NCBI GenBank assembly: GCA_964016885.1
Contig: OZ024742.1
Location: 331,328,001 to 331,392,000, forward strand
From: Eledone cirrhosa
Lineage: Eukaryota
Length of the DNA: 64,000 nucleotides
Direction of reading: 5' to 3'
Numbering within the stretch: the first letter of the stretch is position 1; every line of letters begins with the position of its first letter. The position numbers and the translations under genes are program-made. This document shows, one piece after another, positions 1 to 13,480 of this stretch. Under the pieces are notes generated by a model. It made no database searches and had not been told where the DNA came from. It saw nothing but the letters and a program-made list of their open reading frames with translations.

Positions 1-1013
1 AATTTTGGAACTGTACACGAGAAATCTTACCAAATTTCTGGTTTCCCATTCTAACAATACAACTTTTCGGAACAATAACATGTCAGCAAGAAAACTTGTT
101 ATATAGACAAACACAAACCGGGGCTCTCTGTATTCATATTCAAGATAAGTTTTACGTACAAAGTCATGGGTTATAATTCTGTTATACGCCTCAATAAAGA
201 AACTTAATTGAGTACCGTAAAGAAAAAAATGAGCGACAAACAATAGGACAGAGGGTTTATTTAAATCAATACAACTCCCTGTGTGAGAACAAAATAGGCA
301 ACGTCAACGCAAATCCGATTGAACTTTTGAAAAGCTACTCATGGTAAACATCAATGTAAATGCTAATTGAATAATCAGGCTTATTTCTGAAAAAACATTC
401 CTATATTAAAAAAAAAAACAATTATAATTTATTTTATTGGAGCAACTTCATTAGGCCTCATTTGCACTCATCATTCAGTTCCCGTCAAATGTTGAACCGA
501 CTGGAAAATTATCCCCATATACACTACAGAGCACTTAATCATGAAAAGTACCAAACCATAATCACACAATCATACTATATCACAATTCTCTATGCATCCC
601 ACGACACACCGTTCTCCAAAAAACAAATTATACTGAATTAACTGAAATCTGAACTAATCCTAATTCAGAATAAATGATTACGTTCAGAAAAAGCAATAAA
701 ACGAAATTCTTAAACTAACGCTAGCTTCCATTTACACTACAGAAATATGAAGACATGAAACGGTTGAAGTGATTACCCTTGCGTATATTTTGGCAATATA
801 TCGTTTCGAATAACATAATTCCTTATACGACGAGAATGAAATATTTGAGGCAGACGTGCTACATTAACAGCTGGATGTATTTTCTAATGGCCGTCTCATA
901 GATTTAAGAAGAAAAGCAATAAGGTACTGCTCTATTAGAGGCACGAGAGGGCCGATACGCATGTCAACGGAAGCAAATCTCACCACCAAAAAGCACCTTC
1001 CTCCCAAAAATAT

Positions 1014-1105
1014 AATAATTGTTTCTACTTTTGGCACAAGGTCAGCAATTACCCAGTACTTTATTTACACGTACTTTATTTTATCGACCCCGTAAGGATG
1101 AAATC
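1014..1105 (-). mobile_element. Truncated tRNA-derived SINE (3' part; same family as 26725-26915)
   Basis: Reverse complement matches TCATCCTTACGGGGTCGATAAAATAAAGTAC...CCTTGTGCCAAAAGTAGAAACAATTATT of the full copies. Confidence 0.8.
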
Positions 1106-1440
1106 ATCTGATCTTGGCATCTGATCTTCCGCCCTGAATGAGACATGGCACGTTTTCAAGAGACATATGTAAAGAAACACTAAATATAACATTAATATTC
1201 AGACGTAGGAGCCCAAACCCCCCTAGCAACAAATATTCTTGGACCCAGCTGTGTTTGACTTGAGAGCGTTTCTGTGAGTCAAATGAAAAGTTTCACAGCA
1301 ATTTTAGACCACGTATGGACATTTTAATGGGATCAAAATTTCGAAATCTATATCAATATATGTGTACGGATTTCGTTTCGCAAACTTTAGTTTGAAATTT
1401 GGAAGCAGGAGTGTTATTGATATCCACATAGTCTCTCTAT

Positions 1441-1526
1441 TTCTATTACTACTGCTCCTCCTCCTCCTCCTCATCCTCCTCCTACTACTACTACTACTAC
1501 TACTACTGATATTACTGCTACTACTG

Positions 1527-1558
<32 letters not shown>

Positions 1559-1617
1559 GATACTACTACTACTACTACTACTACTACTGATACTACTACT
1601 ACTACGACTACTATTAT
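1441..1617. repeat. (CTA)n/(CTC)n trinucleotide microsatellite
   Basis: Visible directly; accounts for the poly-Ser and poly-Leu ORFs. Confidence 0.95.
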
Positions 1618-1662
1618 GTTCCTTAATAATCGCAACAGAAAAGCACATACAGAGATAAGTAC

Positions 1663-2135
1663 ATACGAGGTGGTATCAACAAATTTCCCGACTAGTTCTG
1701 TAGCGCGCTAATAGATGGCAACACATTGTTGTGTACGCAGTGAGAGCTTAGCAGTGACCTCCATGCGCCAGTGTGCCGTGTGACATTACTGTATTTACTT
1801 CTAAAGTTGTCATATTTGTCTTTTTGTGATCATGTGTATGATGTAGCTTGCGATTTCGTCATGAACAGCAAGTTGTAACGACGAGCCAACGTGAAATTTT
1901 GTTTTTACCTTGGGAAGTCTGATACAGAGACATTGAGCATGCGTCGGCAAGCTTACGGCGACGAGATATTGGGTTATACGCAAGCATTCGATGGCGGATG
2001 AATGTCCCAGGAAGATGACAAGTGAACTGAAAAACAAGGCATATAGCCTCGCCCCCGGAAATCTGGAGAAAATGAATCAGCTTGTGCACGAGGATGGCTG
2101 GAGGACAATCTATCGGTAAATATTCGTACAATGGA
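1663..2135 (+). mobile_element. Tc1/mariner transposon relic (left end plus N-terminal transposase HTH)
   Basis: Starts TACGAGGTGGTATCAAC (mariner-like terminus after TA). About 1880-1992 translates RANVKFCFYLGKSDTETLSMRRQAYGDEILGYTQAF, typical of mariner N-termini. Disrupted downstream. Confidence 0.75.
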
Positions 2136-4075
2136 AATATATTTCATTTTCTACAATATACACAGTAGATAAACACTACTCTATTTCAACAAACCCACAC
2201 GCACATATATAAATCTGACGACAGATGCGCACATATACATGTCAACTGCATATAAAATCAAACACACACAAACACAAAACTCATACAACAAATAACCAAA
2301 TATGTTCAAGAATTACAAGGTATGCTTTAATAGTAGACATATGATCTATCGAAAGGACAATTCATTTACTTTCTGTCATAACACTTGTGTATACAGATAT
2401 ATAAGCTGCCCTTCTCAAATATATTCGTGTTTCCACGATGTATGTCTGGTTAAATTTCGTACATGACACTTGTCAAAAGAAAAATGTTTTATTGACGCTA
2501 TTTCGGAAACAAAATATAAATAAAACGCATACTAATTTACATGGATCCTACATTTTTGGCATATGAAAATCATATATAATAATTGTGTAGCATACATAAA
2601 TGGGTAAGTCCTTTATTGAGAGCTATATAGATATATTTGAGAATAAACCAAGAGATTTACACAACGTTAATATTAATGACAGCAACGGTAGCCATTTTCT
2701 TTATGTTATAAATGATGGGTCTTACATATTAATTTTTATGCATCTTTCAGCTCCTAAGAAATTGCAAACATAAACCTATCGAAATTTAAAGAGCTTCTTT
2801 AGAACTTTATTTACAATATGTCCACTTTCATATATAGGATGGTATCTGTTGAAAGCCTTTCGATATTTATGTGAAAACGGTTATTCAGAATATTATTATA
2901 TGATAGTGATTTTATCAACGGACATTTTCCGGAAGAATATTATGGCATCAAATAATCTGTCTCCTAGATCCTTGCACATCTATCTTCACAGAATGACGAT
3001 TAGGATATAAAAACACACCATTATTGTGAAGAATGCTTTCAGGTTTCTCATCACTTTGCTTTTGTTAACGTTCTCCATATGTGTAGTAAGAAGTGAGAAG
3101 CATGAAATATGATTTCTATATATACTAAATCCATTTAACCGGATAGTATAGAGTCCCATTAATTGTACAGAATTGTCAAAATATGTTGCAAATTATACTT
3201 ATAGTTTTAGATCCAATGAAATACTTTATTGAGTTAACATTGGCAATGACTTCACTCCCTTCTTTTACATGGGGAAGATTTACATCTACAAAAGAATAAG
3301 CTGGAACGCTCATATACAAGAAACTATACATAATATTGTCACGTATTTATTAAACGGAATGGATGAAGTATTAAGGCTTTCTTCTCAAACCCAAACTGAA
3401 GTTTGTAACTGGTTAACAATATGTTTTAAACGTTTAGTCTTCAGAATTCCTTGAGATCTCAAATAGGTAGACAGTTTACACTTCGTTTTAACGCCCTCAG
3501 TTTGCTCAGGGATTACTCTGAATTTGGAGTGAATGGTACCCACACAACTTACCCTAAGTTATTCATCCACATAAATCCTGTCGGGTTTGTGGGCTTTCTA
3601 GTACAAGCCCACTCTTACCACGAATATCCATCACAAATTCAAATGGATCAGGACAAAAACAAACTAATTTATCTATCTATGACTCCGATTACCGTTACAC
3701 TATGCTGCGTCCCTTGTTCCCCCTTGCAAAGAAAAATGATATATTATAATTGCTTTTGTTGCTTCAAAAACTATTGCAGTTTTAGTGGTCTTATACGCAC
3801 CAGTCACCAACCTTTCGTAGCACCACGATGTCAAGGCTTTTTTAGAGGGAGCACTTACTCGGCTCAGCCTAGCTACATTACTTGGCTGTGAGAGTTTTCT
3901 TGGGATCTAATAGTGTCATCAATTTCTCTCCCTTTCCTTGTAGTTTACCGCTGTTTGTTCGAGTTTGCTCATTCGTCCGGTAGGATCACGCTCATATCGC
4001 AATTAACCATGGTATGAGATGGGTGTATCTCTATTCGCCAACCGCGACCCATTTTTCTGTAGAAGATATATAATA

Positions 4076-4687
4076 CTACCAGTGGTACCCGGCGTTGCAC
4101 GGGATAAGGTATTTTGGAACGCGGGTCGCCAACAGACCTAATCGTGGAAAAAATGCATGTTTGGTCAATATGTAATGAACATAAACCGAATAATCTGATG
4201 GCTGGATAATCTTTAAGATTTTCCTCGATGAAGCTGGAAAAATGCAGGTTTTCACCTAATGTGGGCCTTAGGAGATCAAGAAAATGAATGTTGTTGATGT
4301 GCATGATATGCCTTAAAATTTCGGGAAAATCGGCTATACGTAACGCCTCAAAAGAGCCATAAAAAGCTGAAAAAATGAAGTTTTTCACCTAATGCCATAA
4401 AAGAGTTGGATTTTCTTTGCTCACGGTATGAAGAAGAGACTGACTCATACATAATTACAATCTCAAGGAAATCCGTCTGATGTACGGCCTCAAAAAACCC
4501 CTAAAACGTTAAAAGAAATGCAGTTTTGCACCTAATGCGGGCCCTAGGGGATCACAAAGTTGAATCTTCATGAAACATAATTAATACACATGTAAAGTTT
4601 GAAAAAAATCGGTTAGGTACTTCTCGAGGTTTAGGGATTCAAACTCACAGACACACAGACATACATCCTCAGTTTTATATATATAGA
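4076..4687 (-). mobile_element. Non-autonomous Helitron-like element
   Basis: Minus strand starts A|TCTATATATATAAAACTGAGG and ends with hairpin CCCGTGCAACGCCGGG, then GTAG|T (CTAG variant), i.e. inserted between A and T. Internal subrepeats TTTTCACCTAATG x3. Confidence 0.7.
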
Positions 4688-5214
4688 TGAGTGCGTGTGT
4701 GTATATATGTATCTATGTATATATGGATGTATGTAGATATGTAAGAATGTACCTGTTCGTGTATGTATAGAATGTGTTTATTTGTGTGCGTAAATGTATG
4801 CAACGGTTTAGCGAGCGCTATGATTCTAGTCGTATATTACAATATATATTTCGAGTTTATTAAAATAAAATATACAGTATTCTGATATTTTTATTTTGTT
4901 ACTTTTATTGATGTGTGTGAGTGGGTAAGCAATTTATGTAAATTTACCAATTTTAATTGAAATTTCATCTTAAGGCAAAAATTAATTTATATAAATCACG
5001 AATATCACTGTCTCTTAAATAACATAAATTCAGGTTTCATATGAAACATATTATAAAAAATATAACTTCCCGAAAAGTGAGGGAGAGAGAAAGAGAGATA
5101 AAAATGGAGGAAAATACAGACACATACACATGCACAACAATTTATATACTTCACTATCACTCTTTCTCTGTGCGTATATATATATATATATATATAAATG
5201 AAAATATATATATA

Positions 5215-6224
<1,010 letters not shown>

Positions 6225-6235
6225 TCATATATCTA

Positions 6236-6273
<38 letters not shown>

Positions 6274-6383
6274 TTGAAAAAATGAAAACGAAATTTCATT
6301 TCTCACTCTTAGTATGGCACTTACTTAAATGTAAGTATGTATGTATACGTACATACATATATGTATACAGACGTACAGTAGCA

Positions 6384-6465
<82 letters not shown>

Positions 6466-6601
6466 CACATATGCATACAGGTACACATACATATATGCAC
6501 GCATCAGTTTAGTCGTTGACAAACAAACGAACAAAGCGGCCGGCGTTATAATAAACGTCGACTAAACTGATGCGTGCATATATGTATGTGTACCTGTATG
6601 C

Positions 6602-6664
<63 letters not shown>

Positions 6665-6899
6665 TGCTACTGTACGTCTGTATACATATATGTATGTACG
6701 TATACATACATACTTACATTTAAGTAAGTGCCATACTAAGAGTGAGAAATGAAATTTCGTTTTCATTTTTTCAACTTATCGTTTTCGGTATGCCTGACCG
6801 ATTTAACTCACTCAATATGCAAATTAGGCTGCTCAGCCGTTAATTTTCATAAGGAAAGTATATACTTTCGAACGTTCAACTATCTGGCAGATGGGTAAA

Positions 6900-6940
6900 C
6901 GGTGCTGATGATAGCTAACAAGCTTGAAACTAGTACATCG
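6900..6940 (+). ncRNA. Minimal type I hammerhead ribozyme
   Basis: CGGTG-CTGATGA-TAGCT(AACA)AGCTT-GAAA-CTAG-TA-CATCG: stem I CGGTG/CATCG, palindromic stem III ACTAGT, GUA cleavage triplet. Confidence 0.88.
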
Positions 6941-7105
6941 TTCCTGTGTCAGTGTTGAACAAAAAGGTGACGTGGTTGCCTTAACACCGTATGGCATAAA
7001 TTCAGGATGTTCGCTTTTTTGACAAACAAACGAACAAAGTGGCCGGCGTTATAATAAACGTCGACTAAACTGATGCGTGTATATATGTATGTGTACCTGT
7101 ATGCA

Positions 7106-7198
<93 letters not shown>

Positions 7199-7429
7199 TG
7201 CTACTGTACGTCTGTATACATATATGTATGTACGTATACATACTTACATTTAAGTAAGTGCCATACTAAGAGTGAGAAATGAAATTTCGTTTTCATTTTT
7301 TCAACTTATCGTTTTCGGTATGCCTGACCGATTTAACTCACTCAATATGCAAATTAGGCTGCTCAGCCGTTAATTTTCATAAGGAAAGTATATACTTTCG
7401 AACGTTCAACTATCTGGCAGATGGGTAAA

Positions 7430-7470
7430 CGGTGCTGATGATAGCTAACAAGCTTGAAACTAGTACATCG
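7430..7470 (+). ncRNA. Minimal type I hammerhead ribozyme (second copy)
   Basis: Identical to 6900-6940, 530 bp downstream. Confidence 0.88.
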
Positions 7471-7575
7471 TTCCTGTGTCAGTGTTGAACAAAAAGGTGA
7501 CGTGGTTGCCTTAACACCGTATGGCATAAATTCAGGCTGTTCGCTTTGTTGACAAACAAACGAACAAAGCGGCCG

Positions 7576-9412
7576 ATATACCAACTAGATCGCCCACCCT
7601 ATCCACCGCCCGCCAACCGCGAGCTGGAAGAAAAACTCTCGAGACTAAAACATTCCGTATTTAACATCTTACGGAAACAGAAGAAGATGGCCCCTAACCT
7701 CTCCAGGACACAACAACTCGCCCTGAAGAACCTACGTAATAAGGAACTTATTTACTTACCATCCGACAAAGGTAAAGAGTTCTGCGTCATCTCTCAAGCC
7801 ACATACAATAACCTAGCCTTCGAACACCTAAGCAACAGTGAACTGTACACAGTGATCCCGGACATGACCGCAGCCCAAATCGAAAAACAGACCAACTCCA
7901 TTTGGTTCGATATCTGTAGGAGAAGACAACTCCCGAATAAAATTAAACTCAACTACACCACTAGAAATAGCAGACTGCCTACTTTCTACCACCTCATCAA
8001 GACCCACAAGAATAGCACTAAGACGCATATAAGACCCATCGTCTCTAGCATAGAAGGACCCCTATACAAAATTTCCTGGCTTCTCTCCCAGGTCCTCAAG
8101 CCTCTACTCTCCACCTTCCCCGGACATGTCAGTAGTTCCGACGAAGTTATACGTAGATTACACCAACTCCAGCCAGAACAACTTAAACTTAATAAATACG
8201 CTTTTAGCCTCGACGTTGTCTCCCTCTACACTACAGTCCCCGCTCACCCAGCTGTCGATTTATTGACGGACTGCGTGGTCGCAGAGAACATCCACTGCTA
8301 CGGCCTCCACCCGACGGACATACACCAACTTTTGTCCTTCACAGTAGACAACACGTTCTTCACCTTCCACCAGCACACATACAGACAGACAACAGGATTA
8401 CCCATGGGATCCAGCCTCTCTGGCCTGCTGGCCATCACTTACATGAACCAACTAGAATGCCGAGCCCTCAACACCTGCCATTCCCATGCCTTCTTCACCC
8501 GATATGTAGATGACATACTCATCCTTACATCATCCCGTGAAGAGGAAGAGAAAATATACACAACATTCTCCAGCATGGACGCCAGTATAAAGTTCAGCAT
8601 AGAACACCCCGATGACCGCGGATCCCTATCCCTGCTGGACTTCCAACTCAGGGTAACAGAGGAAGGCAACATCCACACCTGCTTCTATAAAAAAATCCGC
8701 CAGCAGGGACCTGTTCGTACATTTCAGATCGGCCCTCCCACTCGGTGCCAAGTTCGGATACATAAAGAACGAACTGGCACGTATCAAGAACAAATGCACC
8801 GACGCCAGAGACCGAGACACACACACCACACATTTCCTGGAAGTACTCAAACTGAACGGATACACGACATCCACCACAAACCGTGCCAGAAAGAACAGAG
8901 GACACCACACCCGAGGCACTAACACTTGCTTCCTGAAGCTCCCACACTTCAGTGAAGAAACAACAACAGCCATCCGCAGAGCCATCAGACGAGAAGGTCT
9001 AGATATTCAACTGGCCCATTCGGGTCCTTCTTTACGTGGACGGCTAGCTAAGAGACACTCCACCAGACATGACAACTGCTGCAGACTAGCCAACTGCCCC
9101 ATCAACGACACAGACCTATGCCACCAGGCTTACGTAGTTTACAGACTAGAGTGTGACAAATGCAACAACTTCTACGTAGGTAGCACCACCAGACCACTCC
9201 ACATAAGAATAAAAGAACACCTCAATACTAACGCTTCCTCATTTAAGAAACACCTAGTTAAATGCAAAAACACTGATAAAAACATAACAGTTAGGATAGA
9301 AACTAAAGAAAGAAACCTCGGCAATCTTAGAATCAAGGAAGCACTCATTATAGATAGAACACATCCACCAATCAATAATAGACTAGAGCTCAACACCCAA
9401 TTTATAACCTGA
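7576..9412 (+). pseudogene. Penelope-like element ORF: reverse transcriptase + C-terminal GIY-YIG endonuclease; 5'-truncated, one frameshift
   Basis: RT motifs PSDKGK, IKTHK, RPIVS, SLDVVSLYT, GLPMGSSLS, RYVDD. One extra A in the run at ~8689-8695; removing it gives FYKKSASRDLFVHF...CPINDTDLCHQAYVVYRLECDKCNNFYVGSTTRPLHIRIKEH...RIKEALII...IN, stop at 9410-9412. Confidence 0.93.
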
Positions 9413-9946
9413 TAGGGCCTCTAGCCCCACTTTACGCACCCCACACACACGCACGCGCACACCTCCACTTATTCTCTCTCACACATACACACACAAAACC
9501 AGTTCTAACACTAGATAACACCTACCCCTCACTTTTACGATTAGACCTATCTTCCCACACTCACACACACACACCCACATACCTACACCTTCATGCTTTC
9601 TCCCACACACATATACAGGCACGCATATAAAATTTAAAAAACACAACAAAAACATAAACAAACCCCTCTTAAAGGGAGACTACTCTTTACCCACCTAATT
9701 TTAATTCTTTGATATTAAAGTTAGAACTCTATACTATTTCCGGTCAGCATGGCTTCATTGGAAATTTAAGACGCTGGTCTGAGACTTTTACTTCCCTCCG
9801 AAGAAGAGATATTATCTCGAAAATTAAGGACATTTAAATAAATTCAAGGTGAAAGACGAATTCTCATCAATATCTCTCACTATTGCATTCTTTTTTCTAT
9901 GTCCATATCTGCATTGTCTTGGCCTTATTACACATATTCTAACGTT

Positions 9947-9968
<22 letters not shown>
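7576..9968 (+). mobile_element. Penelope-like retroelement including 3' UTR, ending in (TA)n
   Basis: ORF as above, followed by ~530 bp non-coding sequence and a (TA)n tract. Confidence 0.85.
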
Positions 9969-9978
<10 letters not shown>

Positions 9979-10668
9979 CGTGTGTATGTACGTCTGTTAT
10001 GCAAAAACCAACCAGAGAAGCTTTCGTGGATGACCGGAGTATGCATACCATGCTGAAATAACAGCCAAGCACAAGGACTCGTACATTGTTGGTAGAACTT
10101 TGTCCTTCAAACATCACCTTCTTTTGCCACTCCCATATGATCGCCCTTGCCTATAACATTTTTCAAAAAGGTCCTCATTAATTGAAAAATAACGAGGTCC
10201 AACAATGTCGGAACACTTCCAAATAACTGCCGGCTCAACCTCTGGATGCCTGTGTTTGACGTTGAAATGTAAGTGGAGATGAAAGGATCATTTATTTTCG
10301 TAATCCTATTAAGAGAAACCCTTGGCTTCATTGTGCTCAGTTTTCAGAACATGTCTATCATGGGCAATTTGAACAGAAATTCATTCTGTGTGGAATTTTG
10401 AGAGAGGGGGGGGGGGGGGGGCTGAATAGTGACCTTGTCCTTACGGTCATTCTGTGAACGATACATTTTATGTTCAACAAATGTGGTGATTATATAATGC
10501 TTTGCAATCCTGATGTACCCTATGTCTGTTTAAGAATTATTCGTGTGCAGAGAGTATTAGTATCATTTTCGATTATTAAGCAGTATTTTGTTCTCATATA
10601 TATATATATATATATATATAATGAAATGACAAGAGGCTGGATTTGTGTAAATCCTTGAAAGGTTTATT

Positions 10669-10726
10669 ATACTATGATCATTTCAATGACCGGGTTCCGT
10701 ATGAATCCGGTGATATCATCAGGTAT
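10669..10726 (-). ncRNA. Type I hammerhead ribozyme
   Basis: Reverse complement ATAC-CTGATGA-TATCACCGGATTCATACGGAACCCGGTCATT-GAAA-TGATCA-TA-GTAT: stem I ATAC/GTAT, palindromic stem III ATGATCAT, AUA triplet. Confidence 0.8.
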
Positions 10727-10862
10727 TCGAAATATAATACGTGAATGTAATAGATAAAATCCATGGGGTTGAAAATCAAGGACCCGAGGGCGACCGCCAT
10801 CCAGCATCTTCTACCTTTGCCGGTCGCCCTTTTATCTATTACATTCACGAATTATATTTCGA

Positions 10863-10920
10863 ATACCTGATGATATCACTGGATTCATACGGAACCCGGT
10901 CATTGAAATGATCATAGCAT
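10863..10920 (+). ncRNA. Type I hammerhead ribozyme (stem I mismatch)
   Basis: Same motif as 10669-10726; the 3' stem I strand reads GCAT. Confidence 0.7.
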
Positions 10921-13079
10921 AATAAACCTTTCAAGGATTTACACAAATCCAGTCTCCTGTCATTTCATTATAATATTTAACTCCGTAATAGCACCACCAA
11001 CTACCAAAACAAAGACGGTTTAACTGCTTTACGTTGAGTACTCTCTATATTATTACATTGCGATTGACCATACGGAATTGACAAGCTCTATCGAGTGGTG
11101 AACCTCAAACCTGAATAAATAATGCTCCTGAAATGTTGAGCACTTCCAAATGTAATAATGAACAGCGGCATGGGACTGAATATATCTAACCACCATTCGG
11201 ACTTTTACTCGCGTGTACCCTTAGTAAACCACACTGGAATGTCTCCCCCTGGGTACATAAATACTGCAACCTGAACTATATTGTACTTCTCCTATGTCTT
11301 GATTTCTCCATCTTACTCCACCACCACTCTTGTTGGTTTATTTATATATTTATATTTATATATTTATACCTTTTCTTTATCAATGTGCTTTTCCACGTAT
11401 TCCACTTCTATGCATCGATGTATTTCTACTCCTCCAATTGGGACTTTTGCTCACTTGTACCCATTAGCACACGACACTAGAATGTCTCCCCCTGAGAACA
11501 AAAATAAATATTACCCGACTATATCCCTTACTCTACATCCCACTAGGATAAATTATAGAAGATCTACATAATACAATTAACGTTTCTTCATATAAGACTC
11601 TCTTTAACTAAACCCCGCAACCCAAAACCTTTAAAAAGTTTTTTTTTAATGTTTAATTTTCAATTTTCTGTTTGTTTAATTCTCAATCTTCTAACTCTTT
11701 AATTTTAATTTTATAATGTTATTCTGAATTCTTTCAACTTCATCCTATAAATTTAAACAATATTTTAACGTTCCAACTTTCTGTCGGACTGTTGGGTTGG
11801 TTTACCTGGCGGCGGGACCGGCTCCCTGGCGCATAGGCCTACCTTGAGTGCTTGGAAAAATAAATTTCCCCTTCTTACGGTAAATGGAACTACTCAGAAT
11901 GGCTTGATTCCCCCCAGGGGCCCGGCGCGCGGCCGGTTTTTTAACCGCCGCATAGTACCTTTAAATTACAGATCAAATCAGAACTATTACATATATCACG
12001 CCTCCCTCTACTTAAGCAACCCCCCCTCCTCCTGGGTAAAGGAATAGTATTGGTTTTGTACAAGAATGGCGTAACGATGCAGGCTGATTTCCTGCTGGCG
12101 CAACTGAAGCCTATTATACATTCCTAGAGTGCTCGGAAAAATCGATTTCCATATCTTTCGCTTGGCGATATCACTCGGAGTGATGTGCTGTGCTGCCCAA
12201 GCTTGTGGTCGCCGCATGCTGTTAGACGGCTAAACAAAGGCATAATCTTTACTCTATAATAAAATGTAAGTGTCTTCATAAAAGACTCTTTCTTTGCCTA
12301 AATCTTGCAACCTTAAAAATGTTAAACTGTTTAACTTTACATTTTCTAATTTCTTTAATATTAATATTAATTTTTAACTTCATCCTATAAGTCTAAACAA
12401 AAACGTAACGTTCCAATCTTCTGCTCACACATTATAACACACTGACCCCCACTATATTTACCTCTGCTAAGATACGGGTCCCTGTGAACATTTTTTCGCG
12501 CCACTCCCGGCCAGACTGTAGTCTGACATTAATATCGACCTTTCTTCCTCTTTCTTTCTATCTTTCTTCTTGTAGCCATCAACCCTGACTTTCTACTTCT
12601 TCCTTTTCTTCCTTCTCTTCTCCCTTCTTTCTGACTTCCTCCTGCAGACTTATCTTCCTTCCCCTTTTGTTTGCCTATATTTGACCGGTAGTAGTTGTTA
12701 AGATACGGGTCCCTTAGATTAAATAATTTCTTTGCGACAATCCTGGGCTGACTGTAATACCGACTTTTCCTCTTCTTTCTTTCTGTCTTTCTTCTTATAG
12801 CTGACATTAACCCTGGCTTCTCTTCTTCTTCCTTCCCCCCTTCTTCTCTCTTCTTTCTTTCGTTCTTTTTTTTTTCTTGTGGCATGATATTAACGCTAAC
12901 TTATGTTCCCATCCCTATATGTTTTCCTTTTTCTGACCGGTAGTAGCACACTGTAGGCTTTAGCCACGTCACTCGAGGGCGACTGGCAAAGGCAGAAGAT
13001 GCAGGATGGCGGTCACCCTCGGATCCTTGATTTTCGGCCCCATGGATTTTATCTATTATATTCACGTATTATATTTCGA

Positions 13080-13132
13080 GTACCTGATGATATCACCGGA
13101 TTCATACGGAACCCTTGAAATGATCATAGTAT
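13080..13132 (+). ncRNA. Type I hammerhead ribozyme (deletion in stem II)
   Basis: GTAC-CTGATGA-TATCACCGGATTCATACGGAACCCTT-GAAA-TGATCA-TA-GTAT. Confidence 0.6.
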
Positions 13133-13330
13133 AATAAACCTTTCAAGGATTTACACAAATCTAGCCTCCTGTCATTTCATTATATATATATATATAACTC
13201 CGTAATAGCACCACCAACTACAAAAACAAAGACGGTTGAACTGCTTTACGTTGAGTACTCTCTATATTATTACTTGCGATTGACCATACGGAATTGACCA
13301 GCTCTATCCAGTGGTGAACCTCAAACCTGA

Positions 13331-13389
<59 letters not shown>

Positions 13390-13427
13390 TATGTATTAAT
13401 AAAATACATTTTCCTTTGATAAATTAC

Positions 13428-13480
13428 ATTTTATTATACATATTTCGGATGTACAACAGTACGTCCTCATCAGACAAAAT
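13428..13480 (-). ncRNA. Type I hammerhead ribozyme (separate family)
   Basis: Reverse complement ATTTTGT-CTGATGA-GGACGTAC(TGTT)GTACATCC-GAAA-TATGTA-TA-ATAAAAT: 7-bp stem I, 8-bp stem II with one mismatch, AUA triplet. Confidence 0.82.

Larger units (their letters stand above)
6271..7575 (+). mobile_element. HHR-bearing tandem repeat (~504-530-bp units, retrozyme/pLTR-like) with inverted 5' partial copy
   Basis: Direct units 6515-7018 and 7019-7548, partial unit 7549-7575. 6271-6514 is the reverse complement of ~6559-6777. One HHR per full unit. Confidence 0.85.
10617..13335 (+). mobile_element. Non-autonomous PLE-type element with direct terminal repeats (pLTR-like) and an inverted 5' copy, 3 HHRs
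   Basis: 10830-11118 is a direct repeat of ~13047-13335. 10617-10830 is an inverted copy of ~12976-13183. Non-coding interior, (TA)n on both flanks. Confidence 0.8.

Noticed and set aside
1304-1658. Poly-Ser and poly-Leu ORFs
   Set aside because: Artefacts of the (CTA)n repeat
3451-4388. ORFs of 146 aa and 139 aa
   Set aside because: No recognisable domains, non-ATG starts; the second lies mostly within the Helitron-like repeat
7546-7575. N-terminus of the 458-aa ORF (TTG start)
   Set aside because: Derived from the upstream HHR repeat; the PLE ORF is 5'-truncated
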